A DNA stretch of 64,000 nucleotides from Eledone cirrhosa (GCA_964016885.1 OZ024741.1:129518001-129582000), one strand, 5' to 3'; numbered from the stretch's first letter, positions 1 through 12,379 are shown. The notes: generated by a model from the letters alone, not told the origin. Numbers and translations: made by a program.

Positions 1-235
1 TTTCTCCTAATGCAGTTTATATATAATATCGTCTTTTTTAATGTATCATGGATTACGTTACTGATTAAATAAGACAGTGTAACGCAGTCTTCGTTCAATT
101 TCTATGTATTATATATTGTCAATTACGATTTTATTTGATGTATCATATCTACATGTATATATACCTGCGTATAATATCAATATACACACTACACATGCTA
201 GCAGAAAACCACCCTTAGGCTGGTTTTTCTGCTAG
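1..235 (+). mobile_element. 3' part of a non-autonomous Helitron (same family as 55058-55660), cut by the window edge
   Basis: Reverse-complement match to ~55058-55288; ends in a subterminal hairpin (gcagaaaaccacc...tggtttttctgc) followed by CTAG|T at 232-236. Confidence 0.7.
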
Positions 236-533
236 TACATATAACAATATATTTATAACGTTCAGACAATACGCTGTATGTATAAAAGCTGGTGAGTTTG
301 TTGGGTGAAGAGGATAGATTTGGAAGAGATTTACTAAGACTCTGTGCAGAGTTGGATTAAAGCTTTCTCCATGAGAGCAATGTTGTCGGAAGGTGCTGAA
401 ATAGCTGCCGTCGAAACGGCCGGAGCTCAACCATCGGGGTCCTGACTCTTTTCCTATTACCCACTCTACTACGCATAGTATCGAGTACTCTGGTGCATTA
501 CGGTCCACCTGGTTCCTTACCACACTTCCTTCG

Positions 534-596
<63 letters not shown>

Positions 597-623
597 CATA
601 TACTATATTATATTATATTATAT

Positions 624-1125
624 ACAAGTAGATGACCAGTTAGGATATTGTAACTGGTAGATCTCGAAGCATCTTGATGTAAGCACTCAACACTCTGAAA
701 CATCGAAGATTACATCTGGTGGTCCAGGCGGAGTATATGAAATGAAGAATAAGTATGCAAAATGGGTTTTCACAACAATTTATTCTGAAACTTTACAAAT
801 GTTTCGACACAAATTTGACGACTATACAGTGTGTTGGTTCCATAGTATCAATCCGTTCTCTTCAGATTGTCTTCCAAACATTATTTTTACCCAGCCCTGG
901 TTCTCTGGAGAACCCAGGTGAAAAGATAGGGGAACTGATAAAATTCAATCTCTCCTCTCTCACTATCTGTTCCTCTATCTCTCCACGCCGGGTTCTCCAG
1001 AGTACCAGAAGTGGATATAAATAATGGTCGGAATACAATGCATAGTAGTCAAACCCGTCGAAATTTTTGCAATGGAAAATTTCAGAATAAATTGTAAACA
1101 CACATTTTGCATACTTATTCTTCAC
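624..1125. mobile_element. Fold-back pLTR-like element of hammerhead family B (same family as 36838-38148)
   Basis: 742-830 is inverted relative to 1040-1125; homologous to 36838-37010 and 37960-38148; flanked by (TA)n; minus-strand CTGAAGA (865-859) ... GAAACATTTGTA (805-794), with stem I damaged. Confidence 0.65.
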
Positions 1126-1135
1126 TATATATATA

Positions 1136-1515
1136 TATTATAAGAACAGGTTTAAGTTTAAGCAAAGAATCGCTGCTTTTACCCCTAACGGGATCTTCTG
1201 AAACTAAAAAAAAAATCAATCTGTGGACGCAGAAGTAAATATTTCGAAAATCGTTACAACCGAAGAAAAACAGAAAGACGATACTTTGGTTCGTGAAGAC
1301 GTTCCCTGGCCTGGTTATCGAAATAAAAGGAACGACAACCAGGCCAGGGAACGTCTTTACGAACCAAAGTATCGCCTCTCTGTTTTCCTTCGGTTGTAAC
1401 GTTTTTCGAAATATTTACTTCTGCGTCCACAGATTGATTTTTTTTAGTTTCAGAAGATCCCGTTAAGGGTGAAAGCAGCGATTCTTTGCTTAAACTTTAA
1501 TATGTTCTTATAATA
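1136..1515. repeat. Long near-perfect fold-back (arms ~185 bp, 12-nt loop), probably pLTR-derived
   Basis: 1136-1320 is the reverse complement of 1333-1515 with scattered, mostly transition, mismatches; related sequence at 32310-32495. Confidence 0.9.
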
Positions 1516-1606
1516 AATATTTGCTATACGGGTTTATATATATATTATATATATATAATCCTTATCGAGCCCTCTTCGGATTTTAGTCTTCACATTTATT
1601 ATTACG

Positions 1607-1647
<41 letters not shown>

Positions 1648-1650
<3 letters not shown>

Positions 1651-1720
1651 GGTGCCCCCAAAAGAGTATACACAAAACATCTTTTAAAAAAATGCATTAA
1701 ATTCTGTCTTATATGCATTA
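1648..1720 (+). mobile_element. Tc1/mariner-like terminal fragment
   Basis: TA followed by cagggtgccccaaaagagtatacac at the end of a (TA)n run; no partner TIR found. Confidence 0.35.
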
Positions 1721-1721
1721 T

Positions 1722-1841
1722 TTGAGTTCAAATCCCGTCGAGGTTAACTTTGCCTTTCATCCTTACGGGATCGATAAAATAAAGTACCAGTAATGTACTG
1801 AGTAATTGCTGGCCTTGTGCCAAAAGTAGAAACAATTATTT
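1722..1841 (+). mobile_element. Meta-type SINE, 5'-truncated
   Basis: gagttcaaatccc B-box, gcctttcatccttacgggatcgataaaataaagtaccag central domain, ...gtagaaacaattatt tail. Confidence 0.85.
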
Positions 1842-2742
1842 AGATTATGTAAACATTTAAATTATGTAAACACACACACGCGCACACGCACACGCACGCA
1901 CACACACGCACACACACACAGACACACACACACACACACACATATATGTATATATGTATATACATTTATATATATATGTATATATTAGAATGGGTGGTTT
2001 GAAATACCATGGTATATAAAACATGCAAATATTAACTGAAATAGCACTCAATACGTTTAAGTAGAGTATAAAATTGTATTTCCTGAACAGAAAATGGCCG
2101 TGACACACACACGTACACAGACATATATACATATACATATATACACATACACGTGCACACACATATATATATTATGTATATATGTATACATTATACGTGT
2201 ATGTATGTAGGGGGAAGAGAGAGGGGGGGAGGTGGTGCTTTTTATTCTATTCTTCTTACCACTAGTTCTTGACATTTTGCCACAGACGAAACACATAATT
2301 CTGGATTGCTTTGGAGTTTTTGTCTTCCTACTGACTTTTTATCTCAAAGTGACGTTATTACGGCTGCATGGGGGTTGGGGAGGGGGTTATAAACAACAGC
2401 GCTACCAACAACAAAATGGCAAGTTGAATAAACCAGGAAATAGCATTGTGTTGATAGCATGAGGTGAATCAACTTCTAGTGTGTGAAACTCGCAAAAACT
2501 TTAGTAAAATCCGGAATTTACCGAAGATACAGATAGATGTTCGGTAACTTTCGCAAAAAAAAAAAAAAATAATAAAAAAAATGTTCAACGATTATAGTAA
2601 GCATTATCAAGGCAGCGAATTGACAGAGTTTTTGACACGTTGGATAGAATGCTTTGCGTTCTCAGTTCGAATCACGCTAAAGTTAACTTTACTTTTCATT
2701 TTATCGAGGTCGATAAAAAAAAAAGTACCTGTCCAGTACTGG

Positions 2743-2916
2743 CAGTTCTGGATTTAGGACAAATGAGGCCCTGTTCTAGTTGAGTTATCTGGGCCCTGAA
2801 GGAGGTAAGAACATTTTTTTGGCAAGAAGATGATCCCCCACCCCACCCCCACCCCACCCTGACCAACGGGGCCCTGTGCTTAAGCACACCTAAGCACAAT
2901 GGTAAATCCGACACTG
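2743..2916. mobile_element. hAT (Tip100-like) MITE inserted into an old Meta-type SINE
   Basis: Imperfect TIRs cagttctggattta / taaatccgacactg; 8-bp TSD agtactgg / agtactgc; SINE sequence 2610-2742 resumes after 2917. Confidence 0.7.
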
Positions 2917-3134
2917 AGTACTGCGGTTGATTCCATATCTGTATCTCTTTCTAGCTTCTTCACTCTCACTCACTCATTCTCTTTCCATATTTGTCTTCAA
3001 GCCTGTAGAAGTGATGGGCTCTGCCAAGTCTAAATTTCCCAAGACGCACCGTATATCAGGGCGGCACCCATATCGCTCACTTAATGTATGTTCAAACATA
3101 CATATAGTGAATGTTATCATTGAGACAAAGGTAA

Positions 3135-3535
3135 TGAATTAGCAGAGTCGTTAAAGCATCGATTTAAAAATGCTTCCGTGTTTGTTTTGGGTTACTGCTT
3201 TCTGAGTTCAAATCCCACCGAGGTTAACTTTGCCATTTACCTTTCCGGATTCAAATAAAGTAAGTACCAGGGAATAATTTAACCAGCTTTCCATTCCCTC
3301 AAACATTTCTGGCCTTGTGCCTGTGTTAGAAACCATTATTAATCAGTGGATTGGCAGTATCGGTAGAGGGTCAGACACCATGCTTTGACGCATAGAGTTA
3401 CGGCCCTTTCCATTCTGAGTTCAAATCCCGCCGAAGTCAACTTTGCCTTTCATCCTTACAGGGTCGATAAAATAAAGTACCAGTAATGTACTGGATAATT
3501 GCTGGCCTTGTGCGAAAAGTAGAAACAATTATTAA
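3135..3535 (+). mobile_element. Two tandem Meta-type SINEs
   Basis: tRNA-like heads (tggcagtatcggtagag...gagttcaaatccc), Meta-like domain and tails at ~3135-3340 and ~3345-3535. Confidence 0.85.
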
Positions 3536-3707
3536 TCTAGCGAGTCGCTGGGAAAACCCAACGACCGCTCATAATTATGTCCGGATTAAAAGAGATGACA
3601 GATCATCATTCGCCAGTAAATCAGTGGTGAACCTTTAATAATTCTATTTTTTTTTTTTTTTTTAAATTATGAAATAATCTGGTCGTAATTTGTTTTCACG
3701 TCAAATA

Positions 3708-3965
3708 ATAGTTTCTGATGTAAACATAAGGCCAGCAATTTGAAGGGAAGAGGAAAGTCGATTAAATCGACCCCAGTGCGTTACTGGTACTTTATTTTAT
3801 CGAGCCCGTAAGGATGAATGGCAAAGTTAACCTTGGCGTGATTTGAACACAGAAGCATGGTGTCCAACGTTCTACCGATTCTGCCAATCCACCACCCTAA
3901 TAATTGTTTCTACTTTTTGGCACAAGGCCAGCAATTATCCCAGTGCATTACTGGTACTTTATTTT
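3708..3965 (-). mobile_element. Meta-type SINE plus a partial second copy
   Basis: Reverse complement of the same SINE consensus. Confidence 0.8.
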
Positions 3966-5877
3966 AATGGTTTTAAGTTAGGCCGGTTTACGAACTGTAT
4001 TTTAACATACGTAAATTGTTAATTCCTGTTTAGTTCGATATGTACTAAAACCGGCAGCAGACTGGGACGATTCCTGTGTGAACTGTGTGAACTGAAGTGT
4101 AGTGATGCTGCTTATGAAAGCTATATTAGATTATCTTCTACTAAACACCACAGAGTTAAAATATTTTAGCCAATATACTAAGTAAAAGGTTGGCACATGG
4201 CCTTGGCTTGATTTGATGGTACTACACAAATGTGTAATTCCGAGAATATCTTTCAAAGATAACCTCTACCGCATGAAAGATATCATATGGTGCGGGTATA
4301 GAATATATCTGGATCCGGTAAGTGTTCTGATCAGCTTAGACTAGTTGGAAGTGTTGTGGTAAGACACTGGTATCTATGAACAGTCAGTTTCGGTTTTAAC
4401 AGCAGCGTTTATATAGGTTTTGGGTATGGAAGTGGATGAGCATTCCACAGACACGTGCAACCTTATAGTAGTTCTCAGGGAGATTCAGCGTGAAATAGTG
4501 TGTGACGAGGCTGTCCCTTAGCAATACAGGTACAGCTCATTTTTGACTGTGAAATAAAGCAGACCTGTCAACTCTCCCCGTCTGACGTGGAGATCTCCCA
4601 CCCACTTTGGGGTGGGTAAAAGATCTCTTCTCTTGGGAAAATGGGTATTTCATTATGTAAAATCTCTGAATAAAGTGACCTGCCAAGAATTCGAACTCAC
4701 AACGTTACGATCGTAAGCTGAACACCCTGACCACCAAAACCATGCACCTTCACGTTTGTCAGAGTAAATAAATGGCTATCAATCGGATCTTTCGGTACTG
4801 CGTTCTGTGTCCACCAATTATGTCTTCTTTCACTACTTCCGGAGATTTTTATTCTGGAATACTCAGTGAGGAAGTTGGATATTCTGAGGAACATCTGGTT
4901 CGAAGTGTAACACAAGTTAAGGTATTTATAGGTTGTGACGTTGTTGTTTTTGTTTGGACCGAGGTCAACCCTCATTAAGCAGACCTGTAATCAAATGCGT
5001 TCCAACTGTATCCATCCCATATTTAAAAAAAAAAAAAACCCAGAATTATATTAGCTAAAGTGTCCTTTTCTAAGAAGGTATTGTATGGTTTCTCTTCTAC
5101 TTTCTGGGGTCAATGAAATAAAGAATCATATTAGCTAAAGTTCTTTTCTAAGAAGGTAGTGAGTGATTTTTCTACTACTTTCTGGGGTCGGTGAAATAAA
5201 CTACTCGAGTCGATATATCTGATTGACCTCTTTCCACAAAATTATTTCTGGTTTTGTATCTATGTTAAAAGTGATCATATATTAAGCTTGGTGGACAGTA
5301 GAGTTACTAATGTAAATCGCTGATCAAGCAGACGTAAAATCGAAGACGTTCTATCCGTTTCCACCCCATCTTTGTATTGCCAGAGCTATATTGTTTAATG
5401 TATCATTCCTTATTTAAGACAGTAGAAATGGCAGTTAATTCTGGTCGGTGGAGTGGCCACGTCAAAGCTTTCTCGTGGGCTTATCTGGTATTTCCTTTCA
5501 TTATATTCCAGTCAGTGGTAGACCTGTCAACTCTCTCCGTCCGACGGGGAGATCTCCCACCCACTTTGGGGTGGATGAGAAATGTCTTCTCTAGTGAAAA
5601 TGTGTATAACTTTCATGATGTAAAATCTCCCCATTTTGCCTCATTTCTCCCCGTTTTAGGGCACCTTTTATCATGGTACTCTCCGTTTGGGTTTTTAGAG
5701 GTTGGCAGGTCTGCAGTGGATCAATTGAATAAGAAGTACCAGTTAAATACTGAGGGAGATCTAACAAAATATACATTCCCCGATGCAGAATAAAACATAT
5801 ATTTGTGTTGTGACTTAGTGCTTATATTAGAGAACTGAGAACTATTCATTATTATTGCATTATATTTAATGGCCTAA

Positions 5878-6022
5878 GGCAGTGGATTGGCAGTATCGGT
5901 GGAGCAGCAGATAACATGCTTCGCGGCATAGCGTTACGGCCCTTTACGTTCTGATTTCGAATACCGCCGAGGTTAACTTTGCCTTTGATCCTTATATGGT
6001 CAATGAAATAAAGTACCAGTAA
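5878..6022 (+). mobile_element. Meta-type SINE, 3'-truncated
   Basis: ggcagtggattggcagtatcggt head through ataaagtaccagtaa. Confidence 0.8.
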
Positions 6023-6267
6023 CGCATCATGATCGGATGATGAAACTGGGCCATCGAAATATGTATAGTGTTTTCACGGAATTAAAATTCTAAAGAAAGT
6101 TTCCAGTCCGGCCTTCTATTGTTTTAAAATGAATATTTAACTCCGTTCCTGCACCAGCTACGGGATACCACATCAACGATGGACGATTTGCATAACATCG
6201 AGTGTTTTAATTTATTGCATATTGCATCATCCTTTACTATCCACAACTACCAGTTCTACCCTTCCGG

Positions 6268-7045
6268 TTGACCACCGAGTCTATTGTAACGATCAAGCCG
6301 CCTCCTCTCTTCAAAAACGAAGGAGATGCGGTGTTTCTGTGCGTAATAGCCATGGCGAAAGAGGTTGTATGGTGGACGTGTCTGAAAGGACTGAGGTCAG
6401 ACACCTTTCTCTCTGGCCAACAACTGGTCCGTTTCTTCCGATATCATTTCGGAAGAAGGATAAGGATGGAGAGAGAGGTGCTGCACCCCAGCCGTTTTTA
6501 TGAAAGATGGGTGAAAGTGGCGAGAATGGCCCGTGTGAATGGGCCTTCACTCTACATCAGACTGTAGGTGAGAAAGATGAAAGATCAAGGGAGCACCCTC
6601 TCTCTGTGCTCCTGTGTGCGACCCCCCAAGGCGCCTCCTCCCTATTGAGGATTTTGTTTTTCAATTTATTTTTGTTATATTTTATATTTTATTAGAAATT
6701 AGAAATTATAAGCTTTCACCGTATTTTAGACTAAAGAAATTTATAGCCTGATAGTGGGGTTTATAACCCTCGGATCTCCGAGGGTTATAAACCCCACTAT
6801 CAGGCTAGAAATTTCTTTAGTCTAAAATACGGTGAAAGCTTATAATTTCTAATTTTTAATTTCAAACTCGCGCACTGTTTCAAAAACATACTTACATGTT
6901 TACGTTTATAATTTGCTTGTTTATATTTTATATTTTTATATCTTGTTATTGCCTCCTCCTTAGTGAGGACGCCTTTTTATGTAAACTCCCCCCTTTGTAC
7001 TTGTCCCACTTTTTGATGCCCTGGTGGCAAATAAAAATAAAGTTA
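6268..7045 (+). mobile_element. 3' end of a Tx1/L1-clade LINE (ORF2 C-terminus and 3' UTR), interrupted by a hairpin insert
   Basis: ORF 6268-6567 FLCVIAMAKEVVWWTCLKG...FFRYHFGRRIRMEREVL resembles Tx1-type ORF2 C-termini (recognition from memory); ends with aataaaaataaag near 7030-7042. Confidence 0.55.
6696..6855. repeat. Near-perfect 79-bp-arm palindrome
   Basis: 6696-6774 is the reverse complement of 6777-6855 with one mismatch and a 2-nt spacer. Confidence 0.92.
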
Positions 7046-7087
7046 TCTATCCTTCTACCCCCTCTCTCCCTACACACACACACACAC

Positions 7088-7167
<80 letters not shown>

Positions 7168-7299
7168 CGATTTGTTAAGCCCTTCATTACGTTTATTGAT
7201 TGGTGACGCCGTTTCGTTATTGATCAGCCACAGTAACTTCACGTTACACTCCTGTATATATATGTATATATATATATATATATACAACCATTACTGTTG

Positions 7300-7573
7300 G
7301 AAGCTCCCGGTAGCTTCCAACAGTAATGGTTGCATTTTTTAAGGGTATGTCAATATTTATTTATAAAACTGATCGATATTATATTTTGTCTGATGAAAGC
7401 ACACCATAATTTAACTTGGTGTCCTTGAAATATGTATAATGAAATAAATATGGTTTTATAAATATAGTTTCCATTTGTTAATATCGTATGTTTACTCCAA
7501 ATACTTGTTGAGTGCTTTATATCAGTTATAAAAATATTTGTTTGTTGTATCCCAACAATTTAAATAGAACTTT

Positions 7574-7578
<5 letters not shown>
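7300..7578 (+). mobile_element. Solo pLTR of the Penelope-like family at 40817-44728
   Basis: Colinear with 44455-44728; flanked by (TA)n. Confidence 0.85.
7376..7451 (+). ncRNA. Minimal type I hammerhead ribozyme, family A
   Basis: Stem I ...ATTTTGT / ATGAAAT...; CTGATGA 7390-7396; stem II AAG-C-ACACC / GGTGT-C-CTT; GAAA 7427-7430; quasi-palindromic stem III ATATGTAT; predicted cut after AUA at 7438. Confidence 0.75.
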
Positions 7579-7607
<29 letters not shown>

Positions 7608-7657
7608 TAGATATATATATAATTATATATAAGTATATAAGTATGTATATATATAAT

Positions 7658-7691
<34 letters not shown>

Positions 7692-7811
7692 AAAAGGAAG
7701 GGAGAGGGAAGGAGAGAGAGAGACTGAATGACTAGATAGAGATGTAAGTCAGGAGCGACGGATTGAATTACACAGAGGGCAAAATATAGTCATGATGATT
7801 CTTAGTTTTAT

Positions 7812-8960
7812 AGGTGGTGGTGGTGGTGTAGTATGGTAGTGGTGGTGGTGTAGTATAGTGGTGGTGGTGGTGGTGGTGGTGTAGTGGTGGTGGTGGTGTA
7901 GTATAGTGGTGGTGGTGGTGGTGGTGGTAGTGGTGGTGTAGTGGTGGTGGTGGTGTAGTATGGTAGTGGTGGTGGTGTAGTATAGTGGTGGTGGTGGTGG
8001 TGGTGGTGTAGTATAGTGGTGGTGGTGGTGGTGGTGGTGGTGGTAGTGGTGGTGTAGTGGTGGTGGTGGTGTAGTATAGTGGTGGTGGTGGTGGTGGTGT
8101 AGTGGTGGTGGTGGTGTAGTATAGTGGTGGTGGTGGTGTAGTATAGTGGTGGTGGTGTAGTATAGTGGTGGTGGTGGTGTGGTAGTAGTGGTGTTAGTGA
8201 TGTGGTATAGTGGTGGTTGGTGGTGGTGGTAGTAGTAGTGGTGTTAGTGATGTGGTATAGTGGTGGTTGGTGGTGGTGGTAGTAGTAGTGGTGTTAGTGA
8301 TGTGGTATAGTGTTGGTGGTGGTAGTAGTAGTGGTGTTAGTGATGTGGTATAGTGGTGGTAGTAGTGGTGTTAGTGATGTGGTATAGTGGTGGTGGTAGT
8401 AGTGGTGTTAGTGATGTGGTATAGTGGTGGTTGGTGGTGGTGGTAGTAGTAGTGGTTTAAGTGATGTGGTATAGTGGTGGTGGTAGTAGTAGTAGTAGTG
8501 GTGTTAGTGATGCGGTATAGTGGTGGTGGTGGTAGAAGTAGTAGTGGTGTTAGTGATGTGGTATAATGGTGGTGGTGGTAGTAGTAGTAGTGGTGTTAGT
8601 GATGTGGTATAGTGGTGGTGGTGGTAGTAGTAGTAGTGGTGTTAGTGATGCGGTATAGTGGTGGTGGTGGTAGAAGTAGTAGTGGTGTTAGTGATGTGGT
8701 ATAGTGGTGGTGGTAGTAGTAGTGGTGTTAGTGATGTGGTATAATGGTGGTGGTGGTAGTAGTAGTAGTGGTGTTAGTGATGCGGTATAGTGGTGGTGGT
8801 GGTAGAAGTAGTAGTGGTGTTAGTGATGTGGTATAATGGTGGTGGTGGTAGTAGTAGTAGTGGTGTTAGTGATGTGGTATAATGGGGGTGGTGTCTTGGT
8901 AGTAGTTTTATGGTATAAGGTTTGTGAGGGTGTGGTGGTGGAAAGGCGGTAGTGGTACTG
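7812..8960. repeat. Compound (GGT)n/(GTA)n microsatellite grading into a ~40-bp minisatellite
   Basis: Repeated gtagtagtggtgttagtgatgtggtatagtggtggt units. Confidence 0.95.
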
Positions 8961-8991
8961 GTGGCATATTGGTGTTGTTATGGTGCTGATA

Positions 8992-9170
8992 TAATTGTTT
9001 CTACTTTAGGCACAAGGCCAGCAATTACACCAGTGCATTACTGGTACTTTATTTTATCGACCCCGTAAGGATGAAAGGCAAAGTTAACCTGCAGGAGATT
9101 TCAACTCAGACCGCAAAGGGACGTAACTATGCTGGAAAGCATGGCGTCCGACCCTCTGCAGATACTGCTG
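8992..9170 (-). mobile_element. Meta-type SINE
   Basis: Reverse-complement SINE consensus between two GGT tracts. Confidence 0.85.
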
Positions 9171-9176
9171 ATATAA

Positions 9177-9790
9177 TGATGGTGGTGATGGTGGTGGTGA
9201 TGATGATATGGTGGTGGTGGTGAGGTGGTGGTGGTGGTGATGTAGTGGTGATGATGATATGGTGGTGGTGGTGAGGTGGTGGTGGTGATGTAGTGGTGAT
9301 GATGATATGATGGTGGTGGTGAGGTGGTGGTGGTGGTGGTGGTGGTGATGTAGTGGTGATGATGATATGGTGGTGGTGGTGAGGTGGTGGTGGTGGTGAT
9401 GTAGTGGTGATGATGATGATATGGTGGTGGTGGTGAGGTGGTGGTGGTGGTGGTGATGTAGTGGTGATGATATGGTGGTGGTGGTGAGGTGGTGGTGGTG
9501 GTGATGTAGTGGTGATGATGATATGGTGGTGGTCGTGTGATAGTGGTGGTGTAGTGGTGGTAATGTAGTGGTGGTGATGTAGTGGTGGTGGTGGTGTAGT
9601 GGTGGTGATGTAGTGGTGGTGATGTAGTGGTGGTGGTGATGTAGTGGTGGTGATGCCGTGGTGGTGATGTAGTGGTGGTGGTGATGAGGTGTTGGTGGTG
9701 TCGATGTAGTGGTGGTGATGTTGTAGTGCTGATATGGTGGTGGTGATATGGTGGTGGTGATATAGTGGTGGTGGTGATGGTGTAGTGTGA
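9177..9790. repeat. (GGT/GAT)n low-complexity minisatellite
   Basis: Repeated gtggtggtgatgtagtggtgatgatgatat units. Confidence 0.95.
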
Positions 9791-10161
9791 GGGATGAAGG
9801 AGTATTCAAGATGGTGTAGTGTTGACGTCGATAGTATTGTTGTTATCTCCTTCTCAGCTATGATCAAGTGGATCAATAACCAAAGTTATTCCATCCGTGA
9901 CCATCACTTTGATATCCTAACGGGATACAACCCTCAACCTCATTATCCAAAACATGTTGTTTTTAGACGATGAGTTGTTATGTAAGGAAAATTTGGCTGC
10001 TATTACTAGCAGGTCGAACCACCTTGTAAACGTCCTCTCGCTGGCTCTGAGAGAGAGAGAGAGATGGAGAGAGAGAGGGGGGAGGAGATAAAGAAAGGGA
10101 GATAGAGAGGGAGAGAGACGGGAGAGATAGAGAAGTAGGAAAAGAGAGTTAGAGAGACGGG

Positions 10162-10192
<31 letters not shown>

Positions 10193-10194
10193 TA

Positions 10195-10244
<50 letters not shown>

Positions 10245-10429
10245 AAGGAGAGGCAGTTCTAAATGAGAAATGTCTGAAAAATTCTATGACACACAGCCGA
10301 ACGACAAAGTGTGACACACACAGATCAACCTTCGCAGTTACACCGTACCGTATATATTGAAGCATTTACATTTGAGCAGAGGCGGCGAGTGGGCAGAGTC
10401 GTTAGAACGTCGGATAGAATGTTCTATGG

Positions 10430-10633
10430 CAGGCATGTCAAACATGCAGCCGTTTACAAGTACACCTGCGGCCCGCACAAAGGTTTTTACAGCGCGAACA
10501 TGTTTTATCTTCGTAATATAAAAAAAAAAAAAAAAATAGTTGTAATGTGCGCAATTAATTGTCGTGTGTGGCCATCAGACAACACATATGTGCCCCATGT
10601 GGCCCTCGGGACACCCTCAGTTTGACATGCCTG
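10430..10633. mobile_element. hAT (Charlie-like) MITE inserted into a Meta-type SINE (10378-10750)
   Basis: Perfect 14-bp TIR caggcatgtcaaac / gtttgacatgcctg; 8-bp flanks ttctatgg / cactatgg; internal gcggcccgc motif. Confidence 0.8.
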
Positions 10634-11007
10634 CACTATGGTATTCGTTCCGGCTCTCTGCTCTCGGAATTTAAATCCCTCCGAGGTCAGCTTTGCCTTT
10701 CATCCTTTCAAGGTCGATAAAAAAAATGTACCAATCAAGTACTTGGATCGATCCCTCCTCTATATCCCTTTCTCATTCCCTCTCTCTCATTTCCTCTCTC
10801 TCACTTTCTATCTTTCTCTGGAAGAAATCTGCTTTAAATGCCTAAGAACCGCCCGTATGTCCATACGGCGCCCCTATGACTTTATCAGGAGTTACGGGAC
10901 CATACATACATATATTTGAGCACACGCAACAAACAGACACTGGAGATTTGGAACAAAAACAGACAAATGAACACATTCCTTTATCATCAGCTGTCCACTA
11001 GTAATAA

Positions 11008-11395
11008 TAATAATTGTTTCTATTTTAGGCACAAGGCCATCAATTACCCAGTACATTACTGGTACTTTATTTTATCGACCCCGTAAGGATGAAAGGCAAA
11101 GTCAACCTCGGCGGGATTTGAACTCAGATCGTAAAGGGACGTACTCAGAGCATAAAGGGTCGTAACTCTATGCTGCAAAGCATGGCGTCCGACCCTCTAC
11201 CGATACTGCCAATCCACCGTCTTTAGTAATAGTAATAATAATAATTGTTTCTACTATTGGCACAAGGCCATCAATTACCCAGTACATTACTGGTACTTTA
11301 TTTTATCGACCCCGTAAGGATGAAAGGCAAAGTTAACCTCGGCGGGATTTGAACTCAGAATGGCAAGGGCCGTAACTCTATGCGTCAAAGCATAA
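11008..11395 (-). mobile_element. Two tandem Meta-type SINEs
   Basis: Reverse-complement consensus at ~11008-11225 (with an internal duplication) and ~11240-11395. Confidence 0.85.
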
Positions 11396-11399
11396 TAAT

Positions 11400-11965
11400 A
11401 ATGGCCTGAAAACGGAGGGAACTAGTACAACCAGCATCCCAATGCAGTAACAGGAGGCGAGAACGTAACAATCCTCTGGAATTTCCCTGTGAATACTGAC
11501 AGAACAATGAAGGCCAACAGACCTAATATAATTGTGAAGGAACATAAAGAGAAAACATGTAACTTAATTGACATGAGCATTCCATCAGATCGCAACATCT
11601 CATAGAAAGAGTTCGGAAAGCTCAGTAAGTATAATGATCTATCAATTGAAATTGAGAAAATGTGACATCTCAAGGTCCGTGCAATATCAGTGATAGTCGG
11701 AGCACTTGGAATGATAGAAAAAGGGAGTGAAAAAATATTTGGACCGTATACCTGGAAAGTCATCTCTGCAAGAGATACAGAAAATAGTGCTGACTGGCAC
11801 TGTCATGTCCTGAGAAGGACATTATCAATTTTAAAACATTTACTGTGCCCTTGTGGCATCCTCTGTATGACAATTGATTGTAAAATGTCTGTATTATCAA
11901 AATTTGCCTCAGGCATCATTTGGGAAAGAAGCAGAATTCAAAGTTTCAAATTTTAATGATAATAA
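11400..11965 (+). mobile_element. 3' fragment of an R4/Dong-like LINE (restriction-like endonuclease domain), pseudogenized
   Basis: Translation ILWNFPVNTDRTMKANRPNIIVKEHKEKTCNLIDMSIPSDRN...KLSKYNDLSIEIEKM...VIVGALG with stops; flanked by (TAA)n on both sides. Confidence 0.75.
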
Positions 11966-11967
11966 TA

Positions 11968-12145
11968 ATAATGTTTCTACTTTTGACACAAGGCCAGAAA
12001 TTACCCCAGTGCATTACTGGTGCTTTATTTTATTGACCCCGTAAAGATGAAAGGCAAAGTTAACCTGGTGGGATTTGAAGTCAGAACGTAAAGGGCCATA
12101 ACTCAGGTGTTGCAAAGCATGGTGTCTGACGCTCTACTGATACTA
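11968..12145 (-). mobile_element. Meta-type SINE
   Basis: Reverse-complement consensus. Confidence 0.8.
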
Positions 12146-12379
12146 AATAATAATAATATTAGTAAGGAGCAGGAACGAAGTTTCAATATAACACCTTTAT
12201 GCTCATTCACACGTGACGCGCGTTTCGCGATCGACCAGTTCAAGTTACAATTAGTCGCGATCGTGCTCGATTCTGGAATCGATAGCTCATCAAACTTGTG
12301 GATTCTTGAATGAATAAAGTTATGTCTGGTGAACCATCAGTTACACACTAATACACACACACACACACACACACACATA

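Noticed and set aside
395-430. ctgaaatag...gtcgaaacggccgg as a hammerhead
   Set aside because: No CTGANGA box with a compatible stem II or stem I.
3345-3435. tRNA genes at SINE heads
   Set aside because: A/B boxes are present but there is no cloverleaf, and they are always fused to the SINE body.
9084-9876. His/Pro/Thr-rich ORFs
   Set aside because: Translations of a (GGT/GAT)n tract running into a SINE.
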